Shown piece after piece: positions 10,594-21,215 of a stretch of 60,783 nucleotides of DNA (its first letter is position 1; every line of letters starts with the position of its first letter). A program made the translations under genes and the position numbers. Below the pieces are notes generated by a model. The model saw nothing but the letters and a program-made list of their open reading frames with translations. It was not told where the DNA came from and searched no databases. Source of the DNA: Bacillota bacterium (GTDB taxonomy: Bacteria; Bacillota; Sulfobacillia; Sulfobacillales; JAIMBI01); the NCBI GenBank assembly GCA_021818685.1, contig JAKATP010000004.1, positions 1 to 60,783 of the forward strand. The letters are read 5' to 3'.

Positions 10594-10650
10594 GGCCAGG
10601 CACCGTGTCGCCGCAAGCGTTCATGCGGGGACCGAGATCGAGCATGACCT

Positions 10651-13600
10651 TTAGAAGAGAGCCAGCTGGCGTGTCTCCCCGAGCCCATCGAGGGCGCCGG
10701 CCTGCCGCAGCAGGTCAAGCACGGTCCGCGAGAGCCGGCAACGCTGGCGCAGGTCGTCCACGGACAGGAACGGACCTTCCTCACGAGCCTGCACGATGTT
10801 CTCCGCCGCCTGCCGGCCCACCCCCGGCAACGCCGCAAATGGCACCAGTAAGTCGCGCTCCCCGGCCGGCATGAAGCGCGCCGCGTCCGACAGCATCAGG
10901 GAGACCGGCTTGAAACCGAATCCGCGCAACGCCATTTCCCTCAACACTTCGAGGTAACCCAGCTGGCTGCGCTCCTTCGGCGTCGCCTCAGATCCCAACG
11001 CTTCGATCCGCCGGCTCTCCCCCTGCAGGGCCAAAAGACCCCCCAAAGCTGCCTCCGGCATGAAGTCGTCGGCATGCACCGTGCAGTACACGGCGTAGAA
11101 CGCCAGCGGCCGATGGACTTTGAACCAGGCGATGCGCCAGCCCATCATTACGTACGCAGCGGCATGAGCCTTCGGAAACAAATAGGTGATACGCCGGCAG
11201 GAGTCGATGTACCAGCCCGGCACGCCATGCTCGCGCATGAGGCTCTCCTGATCGGGCTCGAGGCCGCGTCCGCGACGGACGCGCTCACTGATGCCGAACG
11301 CCTCCTTGGGCTCGAGACCCATGCGGATAAGCGAAGTCATGATGTCGTCCCGCGTGGCGATGACCTCACTCAGGCTGGCGATCTTCTTGCGCACGAGCTC
11401 TTCGGCATTGCTCGCCCACACATTGGTGCCGTGCGACAGGCCGGAGATGCGCACCAGTTCGGCAAAGCTGGTCGGTCGCGTATCCGCCAGCATGCGCCGG
11501 ACAAAGGGCGTGCCAAATTCGGGCAGCCCGAGGCTCCCCACCGGTGATTCGAGATCCTCTTCGGTGAGCCCAAGACTCTGAAGGCCCGAGAAGAGCCCAA
11601 GCGTGTCGGCGTCTTGAAACGGAATACTGCGGGGATCGATGCCGGTCAGATCAAACAGCATGCGCAGTGTCGTCGGATCTTCATGGCCCAGCAGATCGAG
11701 TTTGAGCAACCGGCCTTCGATGGCGTGGTAGTCAAAGTGGGTGGTGACCACCTCGGCGTCCAGCGCGTCCGCGGGGCGCTGCACGGGGGTAAAGCGATGG
11801 ATATCCTCGCCTTCGGGCACCACCATAAGCCCCCCGGGGTGCTGCCCGGTTGTCCGTTTCACGCCCAACAGGCCCTCGGACAGGCGGTCCACCTCGACCG
11901 GGGGCAGCGTGCGGCCCGTCTCACGCGCCCACGCCTTCACGAGCCCGAAGGCTGTCCGCTCGGCAATGGTGGCGATCGTCCCCGCCCGGTACACCTGACC
12001 GGACCCGAACAGCTCCTCGGTGTAGCGGTGGATGATGGCCTGATACTCCCCGGAGAAATTGAGGTCGATGTCCGGTACCTTATCGCCCTCAAACCCCAAG
12101 AACGTCTCGAAAGGAATATCCTGCCCGTCGCCGATGAGGGGGGTCTGGCATTCCGGGCATGGCCTGGCGGGGAGGTCAAAGCCCGAACCGACTTCGCCTC
12201 GGGTGAAGAATTCCGCATAGTGGCAGGCCGGGCACCGGTAGTGCGGCGGGAGGGGGTTCACCTCCGTGATATCCAGGTATGTGGCCACGAGCGACGACCC
12301 GACGGAACCGCGGCTGCCCACCAGGTAGCCGTCTTGCAGAGACTTTTCCACCAGCCGGTGGGCCGTGTAATAGACTGACGCAAATCCATGGCGCACGATG
12401 GCGTCGACTTCGTGGCGCAGACGTGCGTCGACCAGCGGCGGCAGCGGAGTGCCGAAGAGCTCGTGGGCCACCGCAAAGGGCCGCTCAGACACCACCCGCT
12501 CGGCATCCTCGAGGTGGGGGGCGTGCAGGCCGTCTGGTACGGGTTTGATATCCGCATCGAGGGCAGCCAGGAGTGCCTGCGGATTTTCGACGGCCAGCTC
12601 GTGGGCCCGTTCAGAACCGAAGAAGGCCAGGTCCTGGAGAAGCTCGCGGGTGGTGCGGTAAAAAAGCTCGCCGCGACCGGCGTGAACGTCTCCTTTGGCT
12701 GTGGCCTGGAGGACGTCGCGAAATACTTTGTCCGGCGGCCGCCGGTAGTGCGTGTCTGAAGATGCCACCACCGCGAGCCCGGCCCGGCGCGCGCGGGCGT
12801 CTAGATCGAGGAGCAGGCGCTCGATGGCCTCCCGAGAAGACAGATACCCGTCCTGCTCCCAGTCGGCCAGCGCGGAAGGCGGCACCACTTCGACGAAATC
12901 GTACCGGGAGAGCGCCTCACGCCACTCTTCCTGCCCAGCGTTCCGGAACCAGAGTTCGGTGAGTTCGCCTCCCACGGCGGGCGCCCCCACCAAGAAAGCG
13001 TCCCGCCTCGCCGCAATGCTGCTCCAGCGCATGCGCGGCACCCGCCAAAAACTGTCCAGGTGGCTGGCCGAGACCATCTCATAGAGGGTGCGCACCGACT
13101 CCTGTCGGCGGGGGTAGAGGAGCACGGGCACCGGTCGCTGCGCGCGCACGCCGATCTCCAGGGGGACGTCCCACCAATCGCGACGCTCCTGCAGCGCCCG
13201 ACCGGCCGGTGTCGCCCACAGCGCAAGCCACAGTCGTCCCGCCGCCTCGGCATCGTGATGGGCCCGGTGATGTTCGACGAGCGGAATGTGAAAATAGTTG
13301 CATAACGGCTCCAGGCCATACCCCTTCACATCCTGCACGAGGGCGCGCGCCAGCTGCAGCGTATCACCATACGCCCAGCCGTCTCCGATCACCGGCGTGA
13401 GAAAACCCCGATCAAAGACGGCGTTATGGGCGACCAGTAAGGCCCCGGCGGCAAAATTCCGGAACGCAGCCCAGACCGCGTCTGGCTCCTCGGCTGCGGC
13501 AAGCTCAGCCTCCCCGATGTGGGTAATCGCCCGACTTTCCGACGACAGGGGCCTGTCCGCGCGCACCATCCGGTGAAACTGCCCGACGATCTCCCCGTGT

Positions 13601-14760
13601 TCAATGCGTACGGCCCCGACTTCGACGATGCCGTGCGTGCGCGGGCTAAGGCCCGTCGTCTCCAGGTCGACCGCCACCACCGCCGCGTCCAGAGGCGCTG
13701 AGCCTGGGGGAGGCCCCTGGAAGGGCCGTACCGTATCCGGTACCACGTTGGCCTCGAGGCCGTACAGAGGGCGGACCCCGTAGCGGGCCCCGAGCCGCGC
13801 CGCCTCCGGATAGGCCTGCACGACACCGTGATCGGTCACCGCGACGGCCAAGTGTCCGAGGTCTCGCGCCAGCTGGAACAGGCCCTCGAGATCATTGAGC
13901 CCGTCCATCGCACTCATCTTTGAGTGCGCATGCCACTCGACGCGCGGTTCCGGGTCGGGCGTAAGTACGTCTACCGGCTCATCCTCGCCCAGGTCCTGCA
14001 CGCGCAGCACCGTCTCGCCGGAGAGATCCTGTTCCACGGTGCCCCGGACCCGGACAAAAAGGCCGCTGGCGACACGTCCATCTACTGGCTCCCGGCTGCG
14101 CGGCAGAATCTTAATCCGGACGGCCCCCGTCTCATCGGTGAGACCGGCGAGGAGGATCTCACCGCCCCGCTGCGTGGGACGACGGGTGACCTGAAACAGG
14201 CGTCCGGCCGTAATCGCCGTGCCCTCTGCGGGCAGCTGCGCGATCGCCACCGGATGACCGGATGGCCGGCCCCGTCCAACCCTCACGGGTGACAACCCCG
14301 GCTCGGGCATCACGACCGTTTCATCCGGGGGCAGCGGCTCTTCCGGGCCCACCTCAACCCGCAAGGGGGGAAGATCCGGATACGCCTGCTCGAACCAAGG
14401 GACTCCGCCGGCCGAGACAAAGAGGTCGTGGGCGGCGGGAGACGAAAACCGCACAAAGAGAGTCCCGTCCACGATGTGCACGTCCTCCGGTGCCGCCCAC
14501 CGACGAAGCGCCGCCTGCGCCGTCTTCAAGGGGCCGTCTGCGCCCTCGCCGGAAACCGGTGCGAGGAGGAGGCGGATGGGAAACCCCAGGGCGTCTTGCA
14601 TCGACGCCTCCCAGGCTCGGCGTCTCTCCTCTGACACGGGCTCCTCAACCATCAGACGAACGACCGCCGCGTCATCCTTCAGCGTGACCACCACGCCCTC
14701 GCCATCGGCCAGGGCCCGGATTTCAGGAAAATCGGAAAGTAAGCGAGACCAGAACGACAT
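10651..14760 (-). CDS. polC: DNA polymerase III PolC-type
   Basis: PHP (HAHSKMS, TDHG), embedded exonuclease DLETTG, GSRGSVGSS, CxxC Zn finger, VPDIDLNFSG, YLFPKAHAAAY. Confidence 0.96.
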   Translation of the reverse strand: MSFWSRLLSDFPEIRALADGEGVVVTLKDDAAVVRLMVEEPVSEERRRAWEASMQDALGFPIRLLLAPVSGEGADGPLKTAQAALRRWAAPEDVHIVDGTLFVRFSSPAAHDLFVSAGGVPWFEQAYPDLPPLRVEVGPEEPLPPDETVVMPEPGLSPVRVGRGRPSGHPVAIAQLPAEGTAITAGRLFQVTRRPTQRGGEILLAGLTDETGAVRIKILPRSREPVDGRVASGLFVRVRGTVEQDLSGETVLRVQDLGEDEPVDVLTPDPEPRVEWHAHSKMSAMDGLNDLEGLFQLARDLGHLAVAVTDHGVVQAYPEAARLGARYGVRPLYGLEANVVPDTVRPFQGPPPGSAPLDAAVVAVDLETTGLSPRTHGIVEVGAVRIEHGEIVGQFHRMVRADRPLSSESRAITHIGEAELAAAEEPDAVWAAFRNFAAGALLVAHNAVFDRGFLTPVIGDGWAYGDTLQLARALVQDVKGYGLEPLCNYFHIPLVEHHRAHHDAEAAGRLWLALWATPAGRALQERRDWWDVPLEIGVRAQRPVPVLLYPRRQESVRTLYEMVSASHLDSFWRVPRMRWSSIAARRDAFLVGAPAVGGELTELWFRNAGQEEWREALSRYDFVEVVPPSALADWEQDGYLSSREAIERLLLDLDARARRAGLAVVASSDTHYRRPPDKVFRDVLQATAKGDVHAGRGELFYRTTRELLQDLAFFGSERAHELAVENPQALLAALDADIKPVPDGLHAPHLEDAERVVSERPFAVAHELFGTPLPPLVDARLRHEVDAIVRHGFASVYYTAHRLVEKSLQDGYLVGSRGSVGSSLVATYLDITEVNPLPPHYRCPACHYAEFFTRGEVGSGFDLPARPCPECQTPLIGDGQDIPFETFLGFEGDKVPDIDLNFSGEYQAIIHRYTEELFGSGQVYRAGTIATIAERTAFGLVKAWARETGRTLPPVEVDRLSEGLLGVKRTTGQHPGGLMVVPEGEDIHRFTPVQRPADALDAEVVTTHFDYHAIEGRLLKLDLLGHEDPTTLRMLFDLTGIDPRSIPFQDADTLGLFSGLQSLGLTEEDLESPVGSLGLPEFGTPFVRRMLADTRPTSFAELVRISGLSHGTNVWASNAEELVRKKIASLSEVIATRDDIMTSLIRMGLEPKEAFGISERVRRGRGLEPDQESLMREHGVPGWYIDSCRRITYLFPKAHAAAYVMMGWRIAWFKVHRPLAFYAVYCTVHADDFMPEAALGGLLALQGESRRIEALGSEATPKERSQLGYLEVLREMALRGFGFKPVSLMLSDAARFMPAGERDLLVPFAALPGVGRQAAENIVQAREEGPFLSVDDLRQRCRLSRTVLDLLRQAGALDGLGETRQLALF

Positions 14761-14763
14761 GGG

Positions 14764-15423
14764 CTATCCCTTCGGGATCTCGCGCAGGATTTCCCAGTAC
14801 ATTTTCATACGAGCCGCGAGACCCTTGGCGAGGCCCAACTTTTCTTCCTTCATGACCTGACTCAGATCCTGCAGCACCACCTCGCGCACGTCCACCCCGA
14901 GGCGCTTTAACGCGCGGTGGAGGGCGACCTCGACCCCAAAGCCCGTATCTTCCAACTCCAGATCGGCCAGCAAGTGACGCCGGAGGGCACGCTGCCCCGA
15001 CAGCATGGGCGCCAGGAGCTGGGCCAGATCCGTACTGACCCGCCCCCCTTCAAATACGCCCACCGTAGCCTCCGTCTCACCCCTCAGCACCGGATCCAAC
15101 AGCGCCCGCACGTGGCTTGGCGTAAGTCCCACCAAATCTGCATCCAGAAACACGACAATGTCGGCGCCGACAGCCATTTCCGAGCCGATGCGCATGGCGG
15201 CGCCCTTGCCTTGGTTGACGGGGAGCTCAATGACGCGCGCCCCGCAATACCGCGCAATCTCGGCGGTCCGATCCACCGAGCCGTCGCTCACGACGATGAC
15301 CTGCTCCACTTCGGGCAACGCCGTCACTGCCGCCAGCACGGCCGCGATATGTTCTTCCTCGTTATACGCGGGGACGATGATGGCTACACCGTTCCCGGGG
15401 ACGGGCTCCCGTTCACGCACCAT
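14764..15423 (-). CDS. Glycosyltransferase family 2 (GpgS-like)
   Basis: PAYNEE, SDGS, NQGKG, FLDADL, LSGQRA, FGVE. Confidence 0.8.
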   Translation of the reverse strand: MVREREPVPGNGVAIIVPAYNEEEHIAAVLAAVTALPEVEQVIVVSDGSVDRTAEIARYCGARVIELPVNQGKGAAMRIGSEMAVGADIVVFLDADLVGLTPSHVRALLDPVLRGETEATVGVFEGGRVSTDLAQLLAPMLSGQRALRRHLLADLELEDTGFGVEVALHRALKRLGVDVREVVLQDLSQVMKEEKLGLAKGLAARMKMYWEILREIPKG

Positions 15424-15433
15424 GCGCACCTCG

Positions 15434-16864
15434 CTAGTAGGCGCGGGCAAACACGGCCCGCTTCACCGCCGGGGCGCCACAGACCAGACAAACGCCCTCT
15501 GACTCACCGGTCTCCAGAACACGGAGCGTAGCCCCGGTGGCGGCCTGCAGACCATCTTCACAGCCAGAGTCGCCACACCAGCCCGCTCGAAAAAACCCCC
15601 GCACGTCGTGGCCTAGGATCTCATCCACGGTACTGACCGCGTAGGTGTGGGCATCACGCCAGGCGAGCGCCTGTTGGTAAAGTCCTTCCTGAACTTCGTC
15701 CAAGAGCTCTGCCACGCGCACCGCCAGTTGATTGCGAGGAACGACCGCCTTTGCCCCCGTGTCGCGGCGCACTAGTACGACCTGTCCCTGCGCCAGGTCC
15801 CGCGGCCCGATCTCAACCCGGACGGGGACGCCCCGCATCTCCCAATCGTTGAACTTCCAGCCCGGTGTGTACTCCGCGCGGTCGTCCACCTGCACCCGCA
15901 GGCCGTCCACGGCCTGGATTTCGGATCCGGCTTGGCGAGCGGCGGCCAGCACCTGATCGCGCTGGGCGCCGGCTGCGATGGGCACGACCACCACCTGGAT
16001 GGGAGCGACCCGCGGCGGGAGCCTCAGGCCGCGGTCATCCCCGTGCACCATGATGAGGGCCCCGATGAGCCGGATGGAAGCCCCCCAGGACGTGGTCCAG
16101 CCCAGACGCCGCTCGCCGTCCTCGTCGAGGAAGTCAATCTCAAATGCTCTGGAGAAGTTCTGGCCGAGAAAGTGCGAGGTGGCAGCCTGCAGCGCCCGCC
16201 CATCACCCATGAGGGCTTCGAGCGCCCAGGTTCCGACCGCCCCGGCGAAGCGCTCCCGTTCACTCTTCTCACCCGCTAGAGCCGGAATCGCGAGCACCTC
16301 GCGAAGCGTGTCCGAGTAGATGTTGAGCATCCGTTGGGTTTCCTCGCGGGCGTCCGCCTCGGTACGGTGGACAGTGTGGCCTTCTTGCCACAAGAATTCC
16401 CGGGGCCGCACGAACGGCCGGGTCGCCTTCTCCCAGCGGACCACGTTACACCACTGGTTGATAAGGACCGGCAGATCCCGATATGACTGGATCCACTTCG
16501 CATACATGATGCCAATGATGGTCTCGGAGGTGGGGCGGATGGCGAGCCGTTCGCCCAGTTCTTCGGAACCTCCCTGCGTGACCCAGGCCACCTCGGGCGA
16601 AAATCCCTCCACATGCTCGGCTTCCCTGGTAAACAGGCTCTCCGGAATGAGCAGCGGAAAATACGCGTTCTGATGGCCGGTCTCCCGAAACCGTGCATCC
16701 ATATAAGCCTGGATGAGTTCCCAGACCCGGTAGGCGTACGGCTTTATCACCATGAATCCGCGGACGGGAGCATAGTCCATCAGGTCCGCTTTGTTGATCA
16801 CGTCCAGGTACCACTGAGAGTAGTCCTCAGTCCGAGGCGTGATCTCCTTCAACAGCCGCTGCAC
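15434..16864 (-). CDS. proS: Proline--tRNA ligase, archaeal/eukaryote-like type without INS editing domain
   Basis: RPTSET, EFLWQEGHT, SHFLGQNFSRAF, C-terminal Zn site and terminal ARAY. Confidence 0.95.
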   Translation of the reverse strand: MQRLLKEITPRTEDYSQWYLDVINKADLMDYAPVRGFMVIKPYAYRVWELIQAYMDARFRETGHQNAYFPLLIPESLFTREAEHVEGFSPEVAWVTQGGSEELGERLAIRPTSETIIGIMYAKWIQSYRDLPVLINQWCNVVRWEKATRPFVRPREFLWQEGHTVHRTEADAREETQRMLNIYSDTLREVLAIPALAGEKSERERFAGAVGTWALEALMGDGRALQAATSHFLGQNFSRAFEIDFLDEDGERRLGWTTSWGASIRLIGALIMVHGDDRGLRLPPRVAPIQVVVVPIAAGAQRDQVLAAARQAGSEIQAVDGLRVQVDDRAEYTPGWKFNDWEMRGVPVRVEIGPRDLAQGQVVLVRRDTGAKAVVPRNQLAVRVAELLDEVQEGLYQQALAWRDAHTYAVSTVDEILGHDVRGFFRAGWCGDSGCEDGLQAATGATLRVLETGESEGVCLVCGAPAVKRAVFARAY

Positions 16865-17915
16865 CCGTTCGGGCCTCCCTTAACACGTCTTGAACTTCCG
16901 CCCAGACTTCCTCGACCATCTGATCCTGCTCGACTCGCCGCACGATCTGGCCATCCCGGTACAAAAGGCCCATGTGCTTGCCACCCGCAATCCCGATCTT
17001 GGCGTCCTTGGCCTCGCCCGGCCCGTTGACCGCACAGCCCATGATGGCGACCGTCAGGGTCTCCGGAATGGATGCCAGACGCTTTTCGAGCTCATTGACA
17101 ACCGGCCACATGTCAAACTGAATGCGCCCACAGGTCGGACAGGCGACGATGTCCACGCCGCGCTCGCGAAGCTTCAGAGCTTTTAAGATTTCCCATGCGA
17201 CGCGAATCTCCTCCTCGCCAGGCCCGGTCATCGACACGCGTATGGTGTCGCCGATACCCTCGGCCAGAAGCGTTCCGATCCCGACCGCTGATTTCACCGT
17301 CCCCCCGAGGGAGGCTCCGGCCTCCGTAAGTCCCACATGCAGGGGGTAGTCGGACGTCTTCGCCATCAGCCGGTAAGCGGCCAGGGTAGTGGGCACATCC
17401 GAGGCCTTGAGCGAAATAATAATGTCGTGAAAGTCGTGGTCCTCGAGAATGCGCACGTGCTTCATGGCGCTTTTGACGAGCGCTTCCGCCGTCCGGCCGA
17501 GGTCCATCTTGAGCGTCTTCTCCAGCGAGCCCGCGTTGACGCCGATGCGGATAGGAACCCCCCGGACTTTGGCTTCCTTCACCACCGTCTCCACTCGGGA
17601 GGCCTCGCCGATGTTGCCCGGATTGAGTCGGAGTTTGTCGACGCCCTGCCTCAGCACCTCCAGCGCCAGCCGGTAGTCGAAGTGGATGTCGGCCACGATG
17701 GGAAGCTGGGAGCCCTTCACGATCGGTCCCACCGCCTGGGCCGCCTCCATGTCCGGCACCGCCACCCGCACCACTTCGGCGCCGACTTCCTGGTAGCGGG
17801 CAATCTCGTCAAGCGTCCCCTTGACGTCCCGCGTATCGCCTTTGGTCATGCCCTGCACGACGACCGGGGCTCCGCCCCCGATAGTGAGGTCACGAACCTT
17901 GACTGCGCGCGTCAT
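16827..17915 (-). CDS. ispG: HMB-PP synthase (flavodoxin-dependent)
   Basis: ADIHFDY, RLNPGNIG, GVNAGSL, CPTCGR, MGCAVNGPGEA. Confidence 0.96.
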   Translation of the reverse strand: MTRAVKVRDLTIGGGAPVVVQGMTKGDTRDVKGTLDEIARYQEVGAEVVRVAVPDMEAAQAVGPIVKGSQLPIVADIHFDYRLALEVLRQGVDKLRLNPGNIGEASRVETVVKEAKVRGVPIRIGVNAGSLEKTLKMDLGRTAEALVKSAMKHVRILEDHDFHDIIISLKASDVPTTLAAYRLMAKTSDYPLHVGLTEAGASLGGTVKSAVGIGTLLAEGIGDTIRVSMTGPGEEEIRVAWEILKALKLRERGVDIVACPTCGRIQFDMWPVVNELEKRLASIPETLTVAIMGCAVNGPGEAKDAKIGIAGGKHMGLLYRDGQIVRRVEQDQMVEEVWAEVQDVLREARTGAAAVEGDHASD

Positions 17916-18949
17916 CCGGACACCCCCTGTTTCACCAATCGTAACAGATCGTGGTAAGTGACGAAGAGCACGAACGCGATGAGAACCATGAACCCGATCA
18001 TGTTGACGAGATTCTCCTTGGCCGCATCGAGCGGGCGCCGGCGAACCGCCTCCACGCCGAGAAACAAGAGTTTGGATCCGTCCAGCACCGGGATCGGCAA
18101 GATGTTGAAGAGGCCGAGGTTGGCGGATAGCGCCGCGGCGAGGAGGATGAGCTGCATCCATCCCTGCTGTACGGCCTGGCCGACCATGACAGCAATACCG
18201 ACGGGGCCCGTGACATTGAGATGGCTCCGGCCGATAAATAGCCGGCCCAATTGTGAGAACCACAAAGCCGTGAGCGACACCGTCTGGCCGATCCCCGCCC
18301 CGATGGCCTGGAAAACCGGCAGATGATTCGGCGCCATCGTGGGTTCAATGCCGATGATGCGCACGTGCGCGGCCCGATCATAACGGGTGGCCACGCTGAC
18401 CGTGTGGAGGCGTCCGCCCATTCGGTAGGTGATGCTCATCTTCCCCGCCGAGTGGCGGACGATGCTGGTCTGAAGCTCTGTCCAGCTGTGCACCTGACTG
18501 TGGTCGACCGCCACGATTGTCGCCCCGGGGCGGATCCCGGCCGCGTAGGCCGGATACCCCCGCAGCACGTGACCCACCACCGTGGTGGGCGCCGGCACCC
18601 CTACCGGCCCGAACACGATGATGTAGAGAATGCCCGCCAAGACTAGGTTCATCACCGGACCCGCCAGAATCACAAGCGCCCGCACCCACCGCGGCCGGCC
18701 GTTAAAAGCGCGAGGATCGTCCGAGGCCTCGCCCGGTTCCATCCCCGCCATCCGACAGTAGCCGCCCAGCGGGATTGCCCGCAAGGCGTAGAGCGTTTCC
18801 CCCCGCCGCCAGGACAATAGGGCGGGCCCGAATCCGATGGCGTATTCCTCGACCCGAATTCCCATGGCCTTGGCGGTCAGGAAGTGACCGAATTCATGCA
18901 CGGACACCAAGAGCCCGAAAATCACAATGATGGCGAGGGCCGTCAGCAT
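17912..18949 (-). CDS. rseP: RIP metalloprotease RseP/RasP
   Basis: HEFGH, IGFGP, PDZ domain, NILPIPVLDG. Confidence 0.94.
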   Translation of the reverse strand: MLTALAIIVIFGLLVSVHEFGHFLTAKAMGIRVEEYAIGFGPALLSWRRGETLYALRAIPLGGYCRMAGMEPGEASDDPRAFNGRPRWVRALVILAGPVMNLVLAGILYIIVFGPVGVPAPTTVVGHVLRGYPAYAAGIRPGATIVAVDHSQVHSWTELQTSIVRHSAGKMSITYRMGGRLHTVSVATRYDRAAHVRIIGIEPTMAPNHLPVFQAIGAGIGQTVSLTALWFSQLGRLFIGRSHLNVTGPVGIAVMVGQAVQQGWMQLILLAAALSANLGLFNILPIPVLDGSKLLFLGVEAVRRRPLDAAKENLVNMIGFMVLIAFVLFVTYHDLLRLVKQGVSG

Positions 18950-20112
18950 GAGGGGCCTCCCACCGTAACTGGCCGCCACCGGGCGGCCTCGCGCCGCGCC
19001 CAGCCATCGGCCTCCAGAATTTCCGCCAGGCTGCCGCACGATAGGGAAGGCATCCGGCCCAGGACCGCCTCGGTGAGCCGCCAGATATCACTGAAGCGGA
19101 TGTCCCCGCGAAGAAATCGTGTTACGGCTTCCTCGTTGGCGGCGTTTAAGACCGTGGGCGCTGCCCCGCCCTGCCTGCCGGCCTCGCGGCACAGGCGCAG
19201 CGCCGGAAACACCGCCTCATCAGGGGCCTCGAAATGCCACGACTGGCGCTCGGCCCAGTCAATCCGCCGCGCCGGCGACGGCAGCCGTTCCGGCCATGTG
19301 AGCGCCAGCTGGATGGCGATACGCATGTCGGTCTGGGATAACTCAGCCATGACCGCCCCATCTTCCATCTCCACCATCGAGTGCACGATACTCTCGGGAT
19401 GGACCACCACCCCGATCCGCTCAAGCGGCATCTCGAAGAGCCACGAGGCCTCCAGGACCTCGAGGCCCTTATTCATGAGGGTCGCCGAATCGACGGTAAT
19501 CTTCTGGCCCATCCGCCATGTCGGGTGGCGGAGGGCTTGCTCCACCGTCACCCCGTCCAGCGCCGCTGCCTCCCAACCCCGGAAGGGGCCCCCCGAGCAG
19601 GTGATCCAGAGGTGGGCCACATGCAGACGCTCTGTACCTATGGCCTGCATGAGGGCAGAGTGCTCGCTGTCGACCGGGACCAAGCTCGCTCCGTGGCGGC
19701 GGGCTGTCTCACAGACGAGAGCGCCCGCGGCCACCAGGGTCTCCTTGTTGGCCAGGCACACCCGCAGCCCCCGCCGGGCGGCCGCCAGGGTAGGTCGGAG
19801 TCCCGCGAATCCCGCCATGGCTGCGACCACCGCCGTATCCGACGGCGCCTCCAGAATCCGGTCGGTGAGAAACTCGGGGGCGGACCCCACCTCCACGCCT
19901 GGCGGAAGGTCGGACGCCAACGCGTCCGCCCGCGAGGCATCGGCCAGGTAAACCCAGTCAGGTTCAAGCTCCCGGACGAGCGCCCGCATCTCCTCAACAT
20001 CTTGCCGGGCCGCGAGGCCAACGGCCCGAAACCGGTCCGGATGGGCAGCGATGACGTCGCGGGTCTGCCGCCCGACGGATCCTGTGGCGCCGAGGATGAT
20101 GACGTCCTGCAT
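18943..20112 (-). CDS. dxr: 1-deoxy-D-xylulose-5-phosphate reductoisomerase
   Basis: LGATGSVG, LANKETLV, PVDSEHSA, HPTWRMGQKITVDSATLMNKGLE. Confidence 0.97.
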   Translation of the reverse strand: MQDVIILGATGSVGRQTRDVIAAHPDRFRAVGLAARQDVEEMRALVRELEPDWVYLADASRADALASDLPPGVEVGSAPEFLTDRILEAPSDTAVVAAMAGFAGLRPTLAAARRGLRVCLANKETLVAAGALVCETARRHGASLVPVDSEHSALMQAIGTERLHVAHLWITCSGGPFRGWEAAALDGVTVEQALRHPTWRMGQKITVDSATLMNKGLEVLEASWLFEMPLERIGVVVHPESIVHSMVEMEDGAVMAELSQTDMRIAIQLALTWPERLPSPARRIDWAERQSWHFEAPDEAVFPALRLCREAGRQGGAAPTVLNAANEEAVTRFLRGDIRFSDIWRLTEAVLGRMPSLSCGSLAEILEADGWARREAARWRPVTVGGPSC

Positions 20113-20133
20113 TGAACCCCTCCCGTGTTCTGT

Positions 20134-21180
20134 CTAGGTGGTGCCGAAAGGAGGCAACCTGAGCGCGCGGCCGACTGCCTTTAAGGCAACCGCGGTCACG
20201 GGACCCAGCACGAATCCCATCGGCCCTAGTGTCCGGAGCCCCATGTACGCCGCCATGAGGGCCACCAGCGGGTGCAGCCCCGTGCCCTGCGCCACCAACC
20301 GCGGCTCCGTCACCTGTCGGATGAGCACGACGCCGACCATGACGGCCGTCAACATCAACGCCGCCAGCGGGCGGCCGGTCACCAGCATCACCAGGGCCCA
20401 GGGGGCCAACAGAGCCATCGGCCCGAGAAAGGGGATCAAGTCCAACAGCCCCGCCAGAACACCCAGGAGCACGGCATACCGCGAACCGTAAAGCCACAGG
20501 CCGACGCTCGTGCTCACGGCCGTGATGAGCACCAGCACCAATTGCGCCCGGATAAAGCCGAGCGTACCGCGCACCACCTCATGCCGCAACTCCGCCGCGC
20601 CGGCCTGCATGGGAGGCGGTGCCAGCCAGTCCGCCGCATCCTGCAGCACGCCCTTGTCGCGCATCATAAAGTAGGCCGATAAAAGGGCCAACACGCCCAC
20701 GGCCAGGAGGTTCGGAATCTGAGCCAAGGCGGCCACCAGGCCCTTCAGCACCGCAAGCAGGATCTGGTACGCGGTCAGAAGGTGGGAGTTCAAAAGCGTC
20801 TCGGCGTCGGGGGGATGCCAGCTAGAGAAGGCCAGCAGCCGGTTGGCCACGGCATCGAAGAAGTGCTGGCCGGCTCGATGCCAAGCCGGCAGCTGAGATA
20901 AGAGCCGGGAGGTTTCGAGAGCAAACAGCGAGCCGGCCAGGGCCACCGCCGCGCACGCGGCCAGCAGAGCGGCGCCGAGCGACAAGGCCGACCCGAGGGG
21001 CCGCGCGAGTCGAAACCGTTCGCCGACCCGCACCAGGGGGTCCACGACGACCGCGACGCACGCCCCCAGAATGAGCGGCAACACATAAGACGCCGCCCAG
21101 TGCCAGAACGCGTAGCCGGCCAGCAACAAAGCCGCCCAGACGGCGACCGTCCGGAACCACCGCCGCACTTCCTCTGCCAC
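20134..21180 (-). CDS. ytvI: Sporulation integral membrane protein YtvI (AI-2E family)
   Basis: Multi-TM protein with DLIPFLG, RQVTEPRLV, GLHPL, GFVLGP; GTG after SD AAGGGAGG. Confidence 0.85.
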   Translation of the reverse strand: MAEEVRRWFRTVAVWAALLLAGYAFWHWAASYVLPLILGACVAVVVDPLVRVGERFRLARPLGSALSLGAALLAACAAVALAGSLFALETSRLLSQLPAWHRAGQHFFDAVANRLLAFSSWHPPDAETLLNSHLLTAYQILLAVLKGLVAALAQIPNLLAVGVLALLSAYFMMRDKGVLQDAADWLAPPPMQAGAAELRHEVVRGTLGFIRAQLVLVLITAVSTSVGLWLYGSRYAVLLGVLAGLLDLIPFLGPMALLAPWALVMLVTGRPLAALMLTAVMVGVVLIRQVTEPRLVAQGTGLHPLVALMAAYMGLRTLGPMGFVLGPVTAVALKAVGRALRLPPFGTT

Positions 21181-21215
21181 CGGCCACCTCCCTTGCGCGG
21201 CCGCCGGCGGCCGGC

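Noticed and set aside
10651..14760. Intein or intron in polC
   Set aside because: Length and motif order are normal; no splicing motifs seen
16865..17100. T-box leader for proS
   Set aside because: proS overlaps ispG; no leader or GGTGGNACC box
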